From Daphnia carinata (taxonomy: Eukaryota), in contig NC_081333.1 in assembly GCF_022539665.2 (NCBI RefSeq), positions 248,001 through 312,000 on the forward strand: a stretch of DNA of 64,000 nt, given 5' to 3'. Shown here one piece after another: positions 1 to 12,005 of the stretch. Under the pieces are notes generated by a model. The model saw nothing but the letters and a program-made list of their open reading frames with translations. It was not told where the DNA came from and searched no databases. Position 1 is the stretch's first letter. Each line of letters begins with the position of its first letter. The translations under genes and the position numbers were made by a program.

Positions 1-291
1 GTTGGGAGACACATCCTGGTTTTCTCTTGCGTGGAAAAGAAAGTGGCGTTTGAACCAAAGGGCCACGACTATGTAATCGCCACCTAATGACGTAAACTGA
101 AATGTCAATCAAACTAAATTTTTAATTTCAACGAACTTTAGTAGAAATACAAGAACAATGTAAAATTGCATTGAGACTGGTGAGACAATTGTCAGCAGAG
201 AACATCAACTCCATGACAGCCTTTTTAAGTGTTGACAAATGGTCGTTGGTAAGGCAGGAAAATCATCAAAACAAGTGGATGCCTTTCTTTT

Positions 292-1649
292 TTAACGAGG
301 AGAAAGAGCATGGCGTCCTCCGTCCACTGGTAGGGTGACACCAGTGATGAAACTAGCTTTGTCAGAAGCAAGAAACGCGATAGCTTCAGCGACTTCCTGA
401 GCAAATCCCGGACGTCCTATTGGGTGCGTCTCTTGGCAACGACGAATAAACTGCAATGAGAAATATGTGGTTCGTAATACAGAAATGTTTAATGAGAAGT
501 GTAAAAAAATGAAAGCATTTGTCGTACCTTCCTGTAGATGTCAGTTGTCATTCCACCTCGTTTTTGAAGTTCGGTCAATATCACACCGGGACTAGTTGGA
601 AACAATGGAAAAAGAATTACTTTAAAACGTTCACGCCACTAAATGGACACAATTTATCTATCATACTTGACTGCATTAACCCGAACAAGTTTCCCAGCTA
701 GTTCTGTAAGTAAATAAGACAAAAAAATAGAGTTGTTTAAGGTATGCAACCTCTTGCTGTGCAAAGTAGCTGCATACCCATTGCTACGGATTGCGTAAAT
801 TGGTTGACTGCTGCTTTCGACATGTTGTAAGCCAATACATTGGTAAACTAAAAATTAAACATAAAAAAATGTTATCAACTGCATTGTATCAAATAACTGA
901 TTGCTTTGAAAATTTGGCTATTCCCTCCTGTTTGAGATTTGTTGATACAAAAAAGCAACACCATCTATAGGCGTATTGCTAAATCAACTCACCGGACGAA
1001 TACCGTTGACACTTGATACGTTGACAATATTGCCACGAGAATTTATCAAATGGGGGACAGCCAGCATCGTTAATTGGTACATGGAACTGTAATGCATAAA
1101 GTTTCCAAAATGACAAAGATTTAATGAACCACGTGAGGCTTGGAGGAGCAAATAACGAGGCTTTACCGGACGTTAGTTTTCATCATTCGGTCCAACTGAT
1201 CTAACGACGTGCTTTCAATAGTACCCTGTTCCAAGATTCCGGCATTGTTTATAAGTACGTCAATCCGACCAAAGAAAGATAAAGTCGAGTGGAAAATTCG
1301 CCTTACATCTTCTTCATCAGTGAGATCACCTGCCAAGCACAAAATAAATCAGTGAATAATTTACAGAGAACAAGTCTCAGCATTAGATACCAAGTACTGT
1401 CTTGGGACGATTCCATGTCTCTTCGTAGCATTTCTCTGCCACCTGCGACAAGTTAGCATCATTCCTTCCTGTGAGAATCAAATGAGCACCTTGAAGAGCC
1501 ATCAAAGACGCAGTAGCAGCACCAATTCCTGAACTGGCCCCTGGTAATTAAAGCAACTAAAATTAATCAAAATGTTTTGTAAAAATTTCATTAAAGACAA
1601 TGGGCATACCTGTTATCAACACAACTTTATTCAGGAACATTGAAGGCAT
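292..1649 (-). CDS. Classical short-chain dehydrogenase/reductase (FabG-like), multi-exon
   Basis: Manual splicing gives [20 protein letters not shown] (TGxxxGxG), INNAG, YNMSK (YxxxK), VRVNAVNPG and [22 protein letters not shown] introns. Confidence 0.9.
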
Positions 1650-2397
1650 TGTGGTGGTTGTGGTGAATTAATTTTAGGTATAAATTGAGATTTTAATCAT
1701 ATCAATTGCCAGTCGAAACCTGTTGCATAAAAAAAAAAAAATTTTCAGACATGTCAAGCCATCAACCCCAACTCTATGTTACTGCGTAATACAGTTTTAC
1801 TTAAACTGGATCGGTAAAACGATCCTTAACAAGCTTAAAAGGCATTGTTTTGACACAACGCATACGCTTAATATAGTGATTCAAGGTCACTTTACCCTTT
1901 ATATAAGAAGACATATCAAATGGCTAAAGTAAATTTATTGTTTTAAGAAAATGTTTTCTCGGAAAGAAATCAGTTACCTGTATTGAAATGTCATCGACAG
2001 ATATCAATGTTGCACTGAACTCTCAGAAAAGCAATTCGAACTGCCCTGGCAACAAACGCGCGAGCATGGTCTGATGTCCATCAGGCGATCACGTGATCAA
2101 AGTGTGCAACGGGGTTGGTCTAGGCGAAACAACGACGGAGTTAAAAAGACGCGACTCCGCAAAAGTGCAAAGACTATACATATTCTTAGAAACAACTAAA
2201 CCTTTTCCCGGGCATGGCAGAATCCCGTGTAACGACCCGTTCTTATTTATACCCCTTGCAATCAGCAATAGAATTTGTCTTAGCAAAGTTCTGAGTTAAA
2301 CGCCATTTAACACAAGAAACGTAACAATGTATTGACGGATGGATTACAAATTTATACAAACAAAATTTAGGAGTGTGTTGGACGGTGTGCATCCTAA

Positions 2398-2985
2398 TTA
2401 AACTTTGAAGTTGGAGAAAACGGATGAGAAGGCACTAGTAGAGATTCCGGACAAGTTGGATGGAATCAATCCACTCACTTGATTGTGAATCGGGGCGGAG
2501 ACGCTAGCGGCAACATTGCGGTTCGGATCGGCACCGGAGAAATTGACTTGATCGGGAAATGCGTTGTCATATCCGTAAGCCGGGCGACTATTGCCCCCAG
2601 CCGGATACGATGCAGAGGATGCGACCGGTACGGCTGGGAAAGGTGCAATCGGTCCGAGTGGAGTGTTGCTGCTTCCGGCTGGATACGATCCAGGTGCAAC
2701 GTTTGGAATGGTAGGGAAACTGGCTCCAACTGCATAACCCGGTGCTGCGTTGGGAAATCCACCTGAGATCTGCTGGCCTTGGTTTGATAAGTTGTAACCT
2801 TGACGCCCGTCCACAGATTCCGATGTTTCAGTTGGCCGGCAAACAACAGCATAAACGGACACCAAAAGGATAACCACCTATTACATTTATTTAACAAAAT
2901 TTAGAATAGAATTTTAGTTAGACAAATTTGAAATGCAAATGTTTAATGTTTAAAGTCAATTTACCAAATTGTTTATTGTGGACAT
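2398..2985 (-). CDS. Secreted Pro/Ser/Gly/Ala-rich low-complexity protein (cluster gene 1)
   Basis: Exon 2985-2965 (MSTINNL|gtaa) joins exon 2877-2398. Hydrophobic signal peptide, then the ESVDGR motif shared with neighbours; TATA-like sequence near 3050. Confidence 0.75.
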
Positions 2986-3505
2986 GTTGAGTTGTTGCTG
3001 TTGGAAACGAGAGAATGATGCCGCATCGGAAGTCTTGCTCGCAGTTTTATATGCGAGTAATAGCCGCAGTCGTATGCAAAACAGCGTGCAATGGCCTCAA
3101 GCGTTTTCCCGCGGCTACCTAACTGGTTCTACCTGGTTTCTTTGCCGAGTGGATGGTGATGTCTTTCCGGGGTTTTTCATTTACGTGCTAGTATTTCGGT
3201 TTTCTTTTTTGCACTCTTTTGGGATTTTCCAGATTTTATGTTGCGAACATTTCCATTGCATCATAACGATGCCATTTCCATTGAAATTTGGCGCAGTGAC
3301 GGGATATCCCTTTTTAAACGCTTGATTACTATGCGTAAAAATCTTGGGCACCTATTTTTTTATTCCATAGTGCAATGAGAAAGTAATTCAAATATTTCCT
3401 ACAGAGTAAGGGCCCATTCAATTGATTCGCTTCACTAGGACCGATCGATTTCATCCATAACTTAATTCAATCCGCTTGAAGAAATCATCTCGCAAAAATG
3501 GCTGA

Positions 3506-4003
3506 ATGTATTATTCCTCGTATGCTGTCTCGCCACAAAATCATGCATCGTTCTCGAACCCCGAATTTCATCAAATCGAATATCACCTGATGCAAATCGA
3601 AATCCAATTGAGGAAGGGGGACGATCCGCGTGCGATGCTTCAGTTTACCTATGACTTGTTACACCAATTGGAACGTCTGAGATAGTCCTTGTGTATTACT
3701 GAAAATAGTGATTCTTTCAAGATGAAGAAGGCAGAGGTTCTACGAGCACATGCAATCTACCTTGTCAACCAAATCAAGGTGAAAATTGATTCGATTAAGC
3801 GTTCGAGACCAGCCACGATTCCTCTAAGCGACCAGGTCCAGATTGAATCCAAGCCAAAGAAATCCGTGTATTCGGCTGATTTACTTAAAAACGCGGTCTA
3901 TTACCTGATGGAGAATGTAACCGACAAGTTTGCAAAGTTAATGCGCCCCTGGCAAGCTCCTCCAGCGCCTATTCTTCCGCGGTATTACAATGAAAAGATG
4001 TAA
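3506..4003 (+). pseudogene. Intronless ~165-codon helical-protein frame interrupted by one in-frame TAG (3683-3685)
   Basis: ATG 3506 is in frame with track ORF 3689-4003 with a single TAG between them; AATAAA at about 4057. Confidence 0.45.
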
Positions 4004-4579
4004 TCACCTTGCTTTTCTTTCGGCTCTCCCCCAAAATGTACGACAATCGAGTTTGAAATAAACTACCACTGATAATTTAATCCACTTTTCTTTTTATTAT
4101 TCTCTATTATAAAGTCTGCAACATTTGCAGTTTTTTTTTGCCAAGGTTTTTCTTATATTCACTTGGCCATATAAATGTTTTTAATTCAAATTTCACGGGG
4201 CAATAAAGCCAACATCCGGCGGCTATGACAAGTGGTTTCTTCATTATTAACATTAAAAAATAAAATTTGGCAGAGTAGCGTCAAGGGCACACATCGGTGA
4301 ACAAGACCCTGGAACTTTATTTTCCCTCCTTCATGGAACTAACCACATTGACGTGCACACAATGGATATTTCTATTGACTTTTAAGTTAATTAGAGTGAC
4401 GTCATGCTCGGTCCATAAAACCCAAAGAATGGATGACTCCGGACGACATTGGTGACACAGTGACACATGGACGAACTTTTATTTTATGATTCAATTTCTC
4501 TTTATATGACATGTCTGCTGTCGTATATAAAGCTCTTGAATTCGTCAGTAACTCCAAACACAAGTTCAGTTGAAACATC

Positions 4580-5008
4580 ATGTCTCCCTCATTCTCTACG
4601 GTAAGTTCTATCTTTAATTGAATTACTCTTCGTAAGTTCAATCTTGTTGAATTGAAACAGATTTTGATGGCCGTGTTGGCTGTGGCCGTTGGATCTATGG
4701 CAGCCAAAGATGCGACGGTGAGTGCCAGATCACGTTATTATCACGGCGGAGCTTATACCCAACAGGATTATTACGGAGGAGCTGCTGGAAGTCACGGAGG
4801 GGCTTATCCGTTGGCTAACAATCAATACGGCGGCGCTTACGTGCCCGTAGTTCAGCCGCCAAACTATTACGGAGGGTCATACGGTTCACATCACCAACCA
4901 GCGAACCCTTACGGCCCATCTTATCCTGGATCTAACAATGGATTTTACGGCTCGCCATTTCCCAACAGCTACGGAACGAATTCGGCTTACGGAAACTCGC
5001 CGTACTAA
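4580..5008 (+). CDS. Secreted Gly/Tyr-rich protein (cluster gene 2)
   Basis: TATATAAA at about 4524; exon 4580-4600 (MSPSFST|gtaagt); exon 4661-5008 with signal peptide, ARSR and a YGG/PYG-rich body. Confidence 0.85.
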
Positions 5009-5410
5009 CGATCGACTTAACTGATTTCCTTCGAGCCAATCAAAGACAACTAGATAGATAAACTTACAATTCTAGATTCCAATAATATAATCTGCACCCA
5101 TTTTAATTGTGCAAAAGCTTCAACTAGAAATGTGAAACAATAAAATTTGATTTGCCCATTATTATCACGATTTGTTGGCTGATTTATGAAGCCAAGTTGT
5201 AAATTACTTTTATCTCTACAACGGTTAACGCACGAAGCTCACGCATATGATCACGCCCATCATGCCTTTTAAAGACAAAAATAAAGAGGGATTCTTTAAA
5301 GATGCTATAGGAGAGGAACGTGTATAGTTTGAAGGCCATGTTCCACTCGGGGCTCAGTTCAAGTTCACGCGTTCGTCTCACCAACACGATACGTTCAAGC
5401 GGTGGCAGCA

Positions 5411-6137
5411 ATGGCTGGTCTGAAGTTTTCCTTTGTTTTCGGGGTATGGTATATGATGAACGTGCAATAAAATGTGATTAGATTAAGCTAAAGGTTTTCA
5501 TTAGTTGGTAGTTGCGGTCGCTTTTGCTTTCCCTCAACCAAATGGCGATGATTCAGCGGTGGCGGTTAGTCCCGAGGCTCCAGTTGAAGGCGAGTCGGTC
5601 GACACACGTTATCGACCTGTTCATCGTCCTTATGGTATACGACAAAAGACTTTTAATCATTTAAAATAAAAGATATTACAAACACGTTTGGAATTCTATA
5701 AGGTTATGCTGGCCAACAATATGGAAGTAATTACTACAGCAATCAGCAATACGAAAGCCATTACAGCAGCCAACAGTACGGACATTCTTACGGTCATCAA
5801 AATTACGGATATGAACAGCCTTATTATGGCCATTACGATCGTCCTTACGGATACGGTTACAATGGTACATAACATTCGATTTATTCACGATGAATTGATT
5901 TGATATTGAACATTATCATTGACAGGATATCCTGGATATTACGGAAGGCCGCAAGGCATTCTGGGCACTGTAGGAAACGTGTTGGATGGACTGTTGGGTC
6001 TGCGTGAAGGTGAAAAGAAACAAACGGCTGATGGCGTCGTTGCTCCCGCCGACGCGCAGCCGGAGGCTGCTGCTGTAATTGACTCCGCACCAACTTCGCA
6101 AACCGCCAGCGGTGGCGATGGAGTCATTTTCCAGTGA
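5411..6137 (+). CDS. Secreted Tyr/Gly/Gln-rich precursor (cluster gene 3), 4 exons
   Basis: MAGLKFSFVFG|LVVAVAFAFPQP...EGESVDTR-YRP..., YG-rich exon, ...LGLREGEK...GVIFQ*; GT-AG introns keep the frame. Confidence 0.85.
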
Positions 6138-6871
6138 ACAGAAACACGGCAAGATTTTGAATCACGATTCTCATCATGCGTCCAATTATTTAATCAAGTG
6201 TATATCCAATTTCCCCAACTCGTAGAATATGAACAAATTTTCTTTACCACATTATGCCCTCATCTTATGTTTTGTTGGTTTGGAATAAATTTGGTTGTTC
6301 CGTCAAAACTATATTTCGTATTTCATACACGTCTTAACTATTTGATTGTTATCAGAGGCAACACATTTTTTATTAGAAAATTTATAGAAAAATACGATAA
6401 ATTAGAAAGAAAGAGACAAGTTGGCAACATTGGCCTTAGGAAAGGTAAAATTGACAGGTACGACAAAGGCATGATCCTAAAAGAACCCAAACATGTGAAA
6501 CAAAAGGGGAATAAATAAGAAACGCAGTTCAACTGTATTTTGTTTTTAATTCTTGTAAGGTATAGGCACGTTTTATCCATAAGGAAATACCCATCGTTCT
6601 TCTTTGGTTTTCTCAAGCCCATGTCGCCATGGATTTTCCCAGCATTCTGCTCCCCTTCATCAGGTACCAGCCCAAAAACAACAACAACATTCCCTAGCCT
6701 CAGGTTGTTAGTCGAAACCGTAGAGAACAAGGGAAAAACCTAGGCAATACGAGTCTCGGCTATTCACTTTGCAAAACAACTGCTATATATAAAAAGGCTG
6801 TATTCTACTTCAACAATCATCACACCCTGTTCACTCGATTCCTCCAGAGCTCAGTCGAACAATACTCCAGG

Positions 6872-7421
6872 ATGTCTCCAATTCTGATGGTAAGTTAAAA
6901 ACATTAAACAAATAAGTTCAATCTAAACAAAGACATTATTTTCGCAAACCAAACAGTTGATGATGCTGGTGGGTGTTGCTGTTGCCTTCCCTTATCCGAA
7001 CAATGCCCCTGTTCCCGCTGATGTAGTTGCTCCTGTGGAAGATGGCCCTGCTCCTGGTGAAGAAAAAGTAGATGAACGTTTCTTCTTATTGCGTCCTACG
7101 TACGGCGGCCATGGACATGGATATGGGCACCATCATCATGGTGGTTACAATAGCGGATACGGAAACCACTACAACGGTAAGTCATCATCGTCAATCTCCG
7201 ATCTAATTTCATTTCATTCCAATCTTAAAAATCCATTGTCTGGATATCGTTTAGGTTATGGTGGCTACGGAGGTTATGGTGGTCAAGGAGGTTATGGAAA
7301 TTACGGCGGACTCCACTGGCGTGAGGGACAGAAGGCCGGAGAAGGCGCTCCCGATGCTGCCGCCGTACCAATTGATGCAGCAGCAGCAGCTCCCGCCAAC
7401 GGACAAGTTACTTTCGAATAG
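6872..7421 (+). CDS. Secreted Gly/His/Tyr-rich precursor (cluster gene 4), 3 exons
   Basis: TATA at about 6784; MSPILM|LMMLVGVAVAFPYP...EEKVDER-FFLL...GYGGYGG...WREGQK...VTFE*. Confidence 0.88.
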
Positions 7422-7766
7422 AAATTTAACATTTTTTACCTGATGTTTTTTTAATCGCTTCAATCACCAATCACATCTTTGAGCCACAAGTTCCCGGTCG
7501 ACTATATACGTATTCGCCTGCATCTGTTGAAATCGAATCGGATATACGTTGTTAACAACAATCAAAGTCTAATTCAGCTTGCTGTTGAACAGCTTTGAAC
7601 GTGAACTTACTTCTAATCCGAAAAATAAATCGACCTTAATCATTTTTTTCTGAGTAAATCTTACATTTCATTGAGTACAAAACGCATGACCTCTCCTTCA
7701 GTCAATTACAATGTCGGATTCTGATTTCAGCCTTTAGTATGCTAGAAATCGATTTAGCTAAGGTAA

Positions 7767-8096
7767 GCTGTCAAAGAGTTCAAGGAGGAACAGGTATAGT
7801 TCCAGCGCAATAGCTTTATGTGTAACAGCTTACTTTTTATGATTACCTATTCTATTAACTGTAATAAGTAAAAGGTATTTCATCGGGTCCATCCTGGTAC
7901 TCTTGATCGGGACGCTTGGGTCTTTTGGCAAAACCCTGGTTGTTTCCATCCGGTATGTTTACAGGTCGACTTCCATAATCGTACGGACGTCCTAATTGTG
8001 TAAAATCATTCCGCATTAATGGCGCAGCTTTAAACAATTTCCTTTGAACTTGACAAAGATAAGTTACGTAAGATATTATGGTTGAGCTGATTTTAT
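7767..8096. repeat. Dispersed ~320-bp repeat, copy 1 (same orientation as 15435-15752)
   Basis: Near-identical sequence from GCTGTCAAAGAGTTC to CTGATTTTAT in both places. The minus strand carries an open frame ending ...GPDEIPFTYYS*. Confidence 0.9.
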
Positions 8097-8335
8097 TTTT
8101 TAGCCAAGATGCCTAGAATTCCACTGTCCCACATTCCCACCCACGAGACTTCCTTCTCTTAACTGCATGACTGCATAGTGGTGCGCTAGAAGAAGAAATC
8201 CACAAAATAAATAGTTAAATTATCGCTGAGTTTATTCTACCTGTGTCTGTCGTTCAATCACCTTTTGGCCGAAATAATCCTAGTTGTTTATGACGAGATT
8301 GACAAGGAATGAAGAAGGGGGGATTCTCTTTACAG

Positions 8336-8341
8336 AAAAAA
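8336..8341 (-). terminator. Oligo-dT (T6) Pol III terminator
   Basis: A6 on the plus strand, abutting the 3' arm of the terminal stem. Confidence 0.6.
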
Positions 8342-8919
8342 GGTGGAGTAGCTAGTGTGACTTGAATCGCAACAGTTAAGTTGTCCACAGTAGTGTGTGC
8401 GTAATAGGCCTCACAGGATCGACTGAGGTTTTTACCGGGTATCCCCCACCCCGGCTCTCAGCAGTTATTTGACCCAGATGGATCTGTAACCTAGCGGCTT
8501 AGATATATTGGATCTCTTCTGACGGATGGTCCACTTCTTTTCTTCAACTTCTATGATGCTCCAACGTGTACAACTGCCTCACATAGTCACGTGATTTATA
8601 CCATCATATCCATGCGTGTGCACTGGGGTACACATTCACGAACATCATGGTAATGGATGGGGGACCATCCTCACGGAAATGCTCATCGACAATTATGTAC
8701 CTAACTCCGTACTAGGCCACCCAGCGAATCAACACCATGATATGTACCACGACACCCATGCAATACTGTAGGCTCAACCGCTTATTCAAGCCGGCCCATG
8801 ACTATAATGTCTAGTGAAAGGTACTTAGCGATCAGACCTGTCATCCAGCCACCTTTCATTCGACACTCAGCCGCCTATAGTACTAAGGAAGGTTCCTTAG
8901 TCACTAGCTACTCCACCTC
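8336..8919 (-). ncRNA. Putative RNA polymerase III-transcribed structured RNA, ~580 nt, class unknown
   Basis: 17-bp perfect inverted repeat (8341-8357 with 8902-8918) closes the unit. T6 lies directly after it on the minus strand and TATATAAA about 31 nt upstream. Many internal stems; no ORF of 60 aa or more. Confidence 0.7.
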
Positions 8920-8942
8920 ATCAACAAATGACTTTCTCAACC

Positions 8943-8950
8943 TTTATATA
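8943..8950 (-). promoter_or_regulatory. TATA box at about -31/-24 of the putative Pol III RNA
   Basis: TATATAAA on the minus strand; spacing to G8919/A8918 matches U6-type (type 3) promoters. Confidence 0.6.
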
Positions 8951-10021
8951 CAGTGAATTCTGGGATCAAAACACTGTTTACAACATGGCCACCAGGTAGG
9001 TAAGTTGATGGCTATAACTGTGTAATTATTTCGACAAACATGAAAACGAAACAGTGAACATTATTTTTTAACTTTAGTTTTAGTCTTCTGTCAAGAAATA
9101 AAGATGTTTTTTTTAAATGTTAATATATAAAACTACTTTTATCATGAACATGGGTGATGAATGTACGTGGCATCCGTAGCCTAGCGGCAGATGTCGACGC
9201 TGTTATTCAACGTCATCTCCGTCGTCATGTTCGTCTGCAGACTGATCTAGATTTTAGTGTTTTAGCTCAAACGAGTGCAGTCAACCGTGTTCAGGACTAG
9301 ATTCTGTATTTATTCCTGACAAACTCATTAGCAGAGACTTCTTCCTGAAAACATGTTCGAATTTGGTCAGGCAGACAGAGGTAGAACAGCTCGACTCTAC
9401 CTATTTAATAGTGAGTTTCTTTCGTGTGAATTTCATAGGGGCCCGTGATGTCGCAGTTTTCCACCCCTTTATTGACACATGATAAACCCATTATCACTGA
9501 AAATGTCTTGATCGAGAGCCATATTTGATGATCATGCTAATCATGTCGTCATCGAGGAAAACCCGGCTCACATAACCGATCTAAAAATTCCTCGGGCTGT
9601 CACGTGTATCGTGATGGCCATTCCCCCACGTGATTAATCCCAGGTACATTAACACCTCAAAATGTTTATCTTTTTTTCTTACTAGCCAAGTGCATATATC
9701 GTTTTGGTTTTTCTTCCCGCCCCCCTTCTGTTTCTTTTTAGTGCATACTTTGCTCAATAGGCAGCATAACACCCCACAAGAGGTGTTGGGTTTTTCCCAT
9801 AGCTTCGGTCGTTTTCCTTATTCTTCACACACACATACAAGTCATTAAGTTCTTCTTACCTATATGCCGGATCGACCTTTGCATGCTGACGATGTTGCTT
9901 TGTTCCCATCGCTCGGTACAGTCAGTTTGACTGTAAATACGGCACCATCCAAACTGAGTTACATACATCCGCACACCAACCGTCCAGGCGATCACATCAT
10001 CCGCCGGAAGAGAAGCTCTCC

Positions 10022-11316
10022 ATAGTCCTTGGCAAAATATTTCGCTTTGTGTTTAGGGTAAGTCATTTTCATTGAATTTTTTCTTTGTTTTCGAATTTCA
10101 TTTCTGATTTAAAATGTCTCACGTTTATCGTGGAAATCACGAAAGGTTTGAGTTTCATTCCAACATGTTGTATCGATAGTTATTGATGTTGGCGTTGGCC
10201 GTTGCCATGCCGTACCCTGAAGATGAGGCTCCCATCGTTGTCTCACCGGATGTGCTGGATGCTGTGGCACCTGTGGACGAACTGGCTGCACCATCCGAAT
10301 TGGCTGAGGGTGAAAAGGTTGACGAGCGTTATCGTCCCAATTACGGTAATGAGAGAATCCAATTCATTTTGAAATAATTGAATTTTATTTTAAAACGAAC
10401 CATTGTTTTTGGTGGATAGGTCAATTACAGAGCAGTACAGTTTACCAACAACAGAGCAGCAGCCATCAACAGCAAAGTAGCAGTCTTACCACTCACCAAC
10501 AGCTTGGCCATCAAAACACTGGGTACCATGCCAACAACGCTGCTGGTGGTAAGGAGTTTTTCTTTTAATCATTCATTATTTAACTCTTGGCAATGATGGA
10601 AAGAATTTGTAGAGCGAAATTATTAAATAATTGATTTGGTATTTCTATCGCGTTTGTATCAGGATATGGCGGAAGTGGTTACCATACTCCGGGAGCCAAT
10701 GCCGGATACGGCCAAAACATCAACTACGGTCAGAGCGGTTACGGCAACACCGGCTACGGCAACACTGGCTACGGTATTGGATCCGGAATAAGCACGGGAT
10801 ACGGATCGAACGCAGGTTATGGAACCAATACCGGCTATGGAACGAACACTGGATACGGAAGCAACACTGGATATGGAACAAATACTGGGTACGGCACGAA
10901 CAATGGAGTCAATGCTGGATACGGAGGCCATAGCGGCTACGGCACGAACGCTGGCTACGAAAACACTGGCTACAATACGGGACTGTACGGGAACAATGTT
11001 GGAGGCGGACAACAAGTCTCGTATGGGCACTCAGGATACAACAGCCTTAGCGTTGGTATGTAAAACACAAAATTGCAACACGTCCTCTATACGATTCCTT
11101 TTTTCACGTGCAAAAATTAATCAAATGAAAACATGTTTTTTTTTCACTGATGTGACTTTGTTATTAACGATTTCTTTTATTTGCTCATTTCGAAAATTGG
11201 CTACAGAAAGCGGTTACGGCAGCAATTACCTAGGATGGCGTGAAGGACAAAAGTCTAACGGCACTGCGGTCGTTGATGCGGCTGCCGTGGGGTCAGTATC
11301 TGATAATGTGTATTAA
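10022..11316 (+). CDS. Secreted Gly/Tyr/Asn/Thr-rich precursor with GYGTNT repeats (cluster gene 5); start codon uncertain
   Basis: Exons 10180-10345, 10420-10548, 10663-11054 and 11207-11316 splice in frame: LLMLALAVAMPYP...EGEKVDER-YRP...(GYGTNT)n...WREGQK...NVY*. The candidate first exon (10022-10057) starts with ATA. Confidence 0.8.
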
Positions 11317-11369
11317 AAAGCATTTTAGTCAACTAACTTTGTCGTTAAACGTTTGACGTAGGTCAATGG

Positions 11370-12005
11370 AAATGAACAACAAAAAACACTGGCAAAATAG
11401 GTCCCGTCCGTAGTTTCTTGTATGGATACCGAGGAGTTCTTCTCCTACGAAATCCCGTAGACACAATGTTTACTTATACTCATTTCTTAGCTACGTCAGG
11501 AAATAAAACTGGCGTAGTGTCAGACAAATATTTCTCTGGCCCTAATTGGGAAGCTTACGTTGTTACATAGCCAATACGTGGGCAGATCACGCGGTCGGGT
11601 GGATCGAGACCATCCAGAATGGCACTGTCTCTTCTACGAGCGTCTACTTCTCGAAGACACCGCGGCCGAATTGAAACGTTTGTTGGAAGCCATTCATTTA
11701 AGTGATTCTCATCGTCCATCTGTCGAACCGAAGAGGTTGCGTTGCGCTCTGCGATACAAGACTCGCAAGGACCGCAAACGTTTGAAGAAACCCGTGTAAG
11801 TTCCAGTAAGAGTTTCGTGATAATCGTGTCACAAGTTACTACTAAATGTGCAACCAATTTTGAAAATGGTCTTGTTGTCGGCAGGGTACCACTGACAGCA
11901 GATCAACGGAAGAAGTTCGAGTCCTCTATCGAACGCGTTCAGACGAGTCTGCGGGAGAAAGGCTGGCCGTTGCTTCCCGTCTATTTGTACAGGAAGGATT
12001 TGTAA
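11370..12005 (+). pseudogene. 5'-truncated, frameshifted WSCD-family sulfotransferase-like fragment
   Basis: Reconstructed GVLLLRNPVDTMFTY...GPNWEAY/YIANTWADHAVGWIETIQNGTV/FYERLL...RLRCAL...LREKGWPLLP. At least two 1-bp frameshifts (about 11563 and 11630) and one intron (about 11796-11884). Confidence 0.65.

Noticed and set aside
8341..8918. Simple MITE with 17-bp TIRs
   Set aside because: No target-site duplication is visible, and the TATA spacing, T6 and strand-biased G-U stems favour an RNA gene. Not fully excluded.
8336..8919. Telomerase RNA, RNase P/MRP or hammerhead identity for the structured unit
   Set aside because: The TAACCTA and ACCTAAC matches are on the strand opposite the TATA and terminator. 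GGUCUGA has no UCAGAC partner for P4. The CUGAGAG stem lacks the GAAA hammerhead core.
9140..9415. Solo LTR or Helitron 3' end (hairpin AGGTAGA/TCTACCT near 9380-9402)
   Set aside because: No second LTR, no clear TSD and no terminal CTAG after the hairpin.
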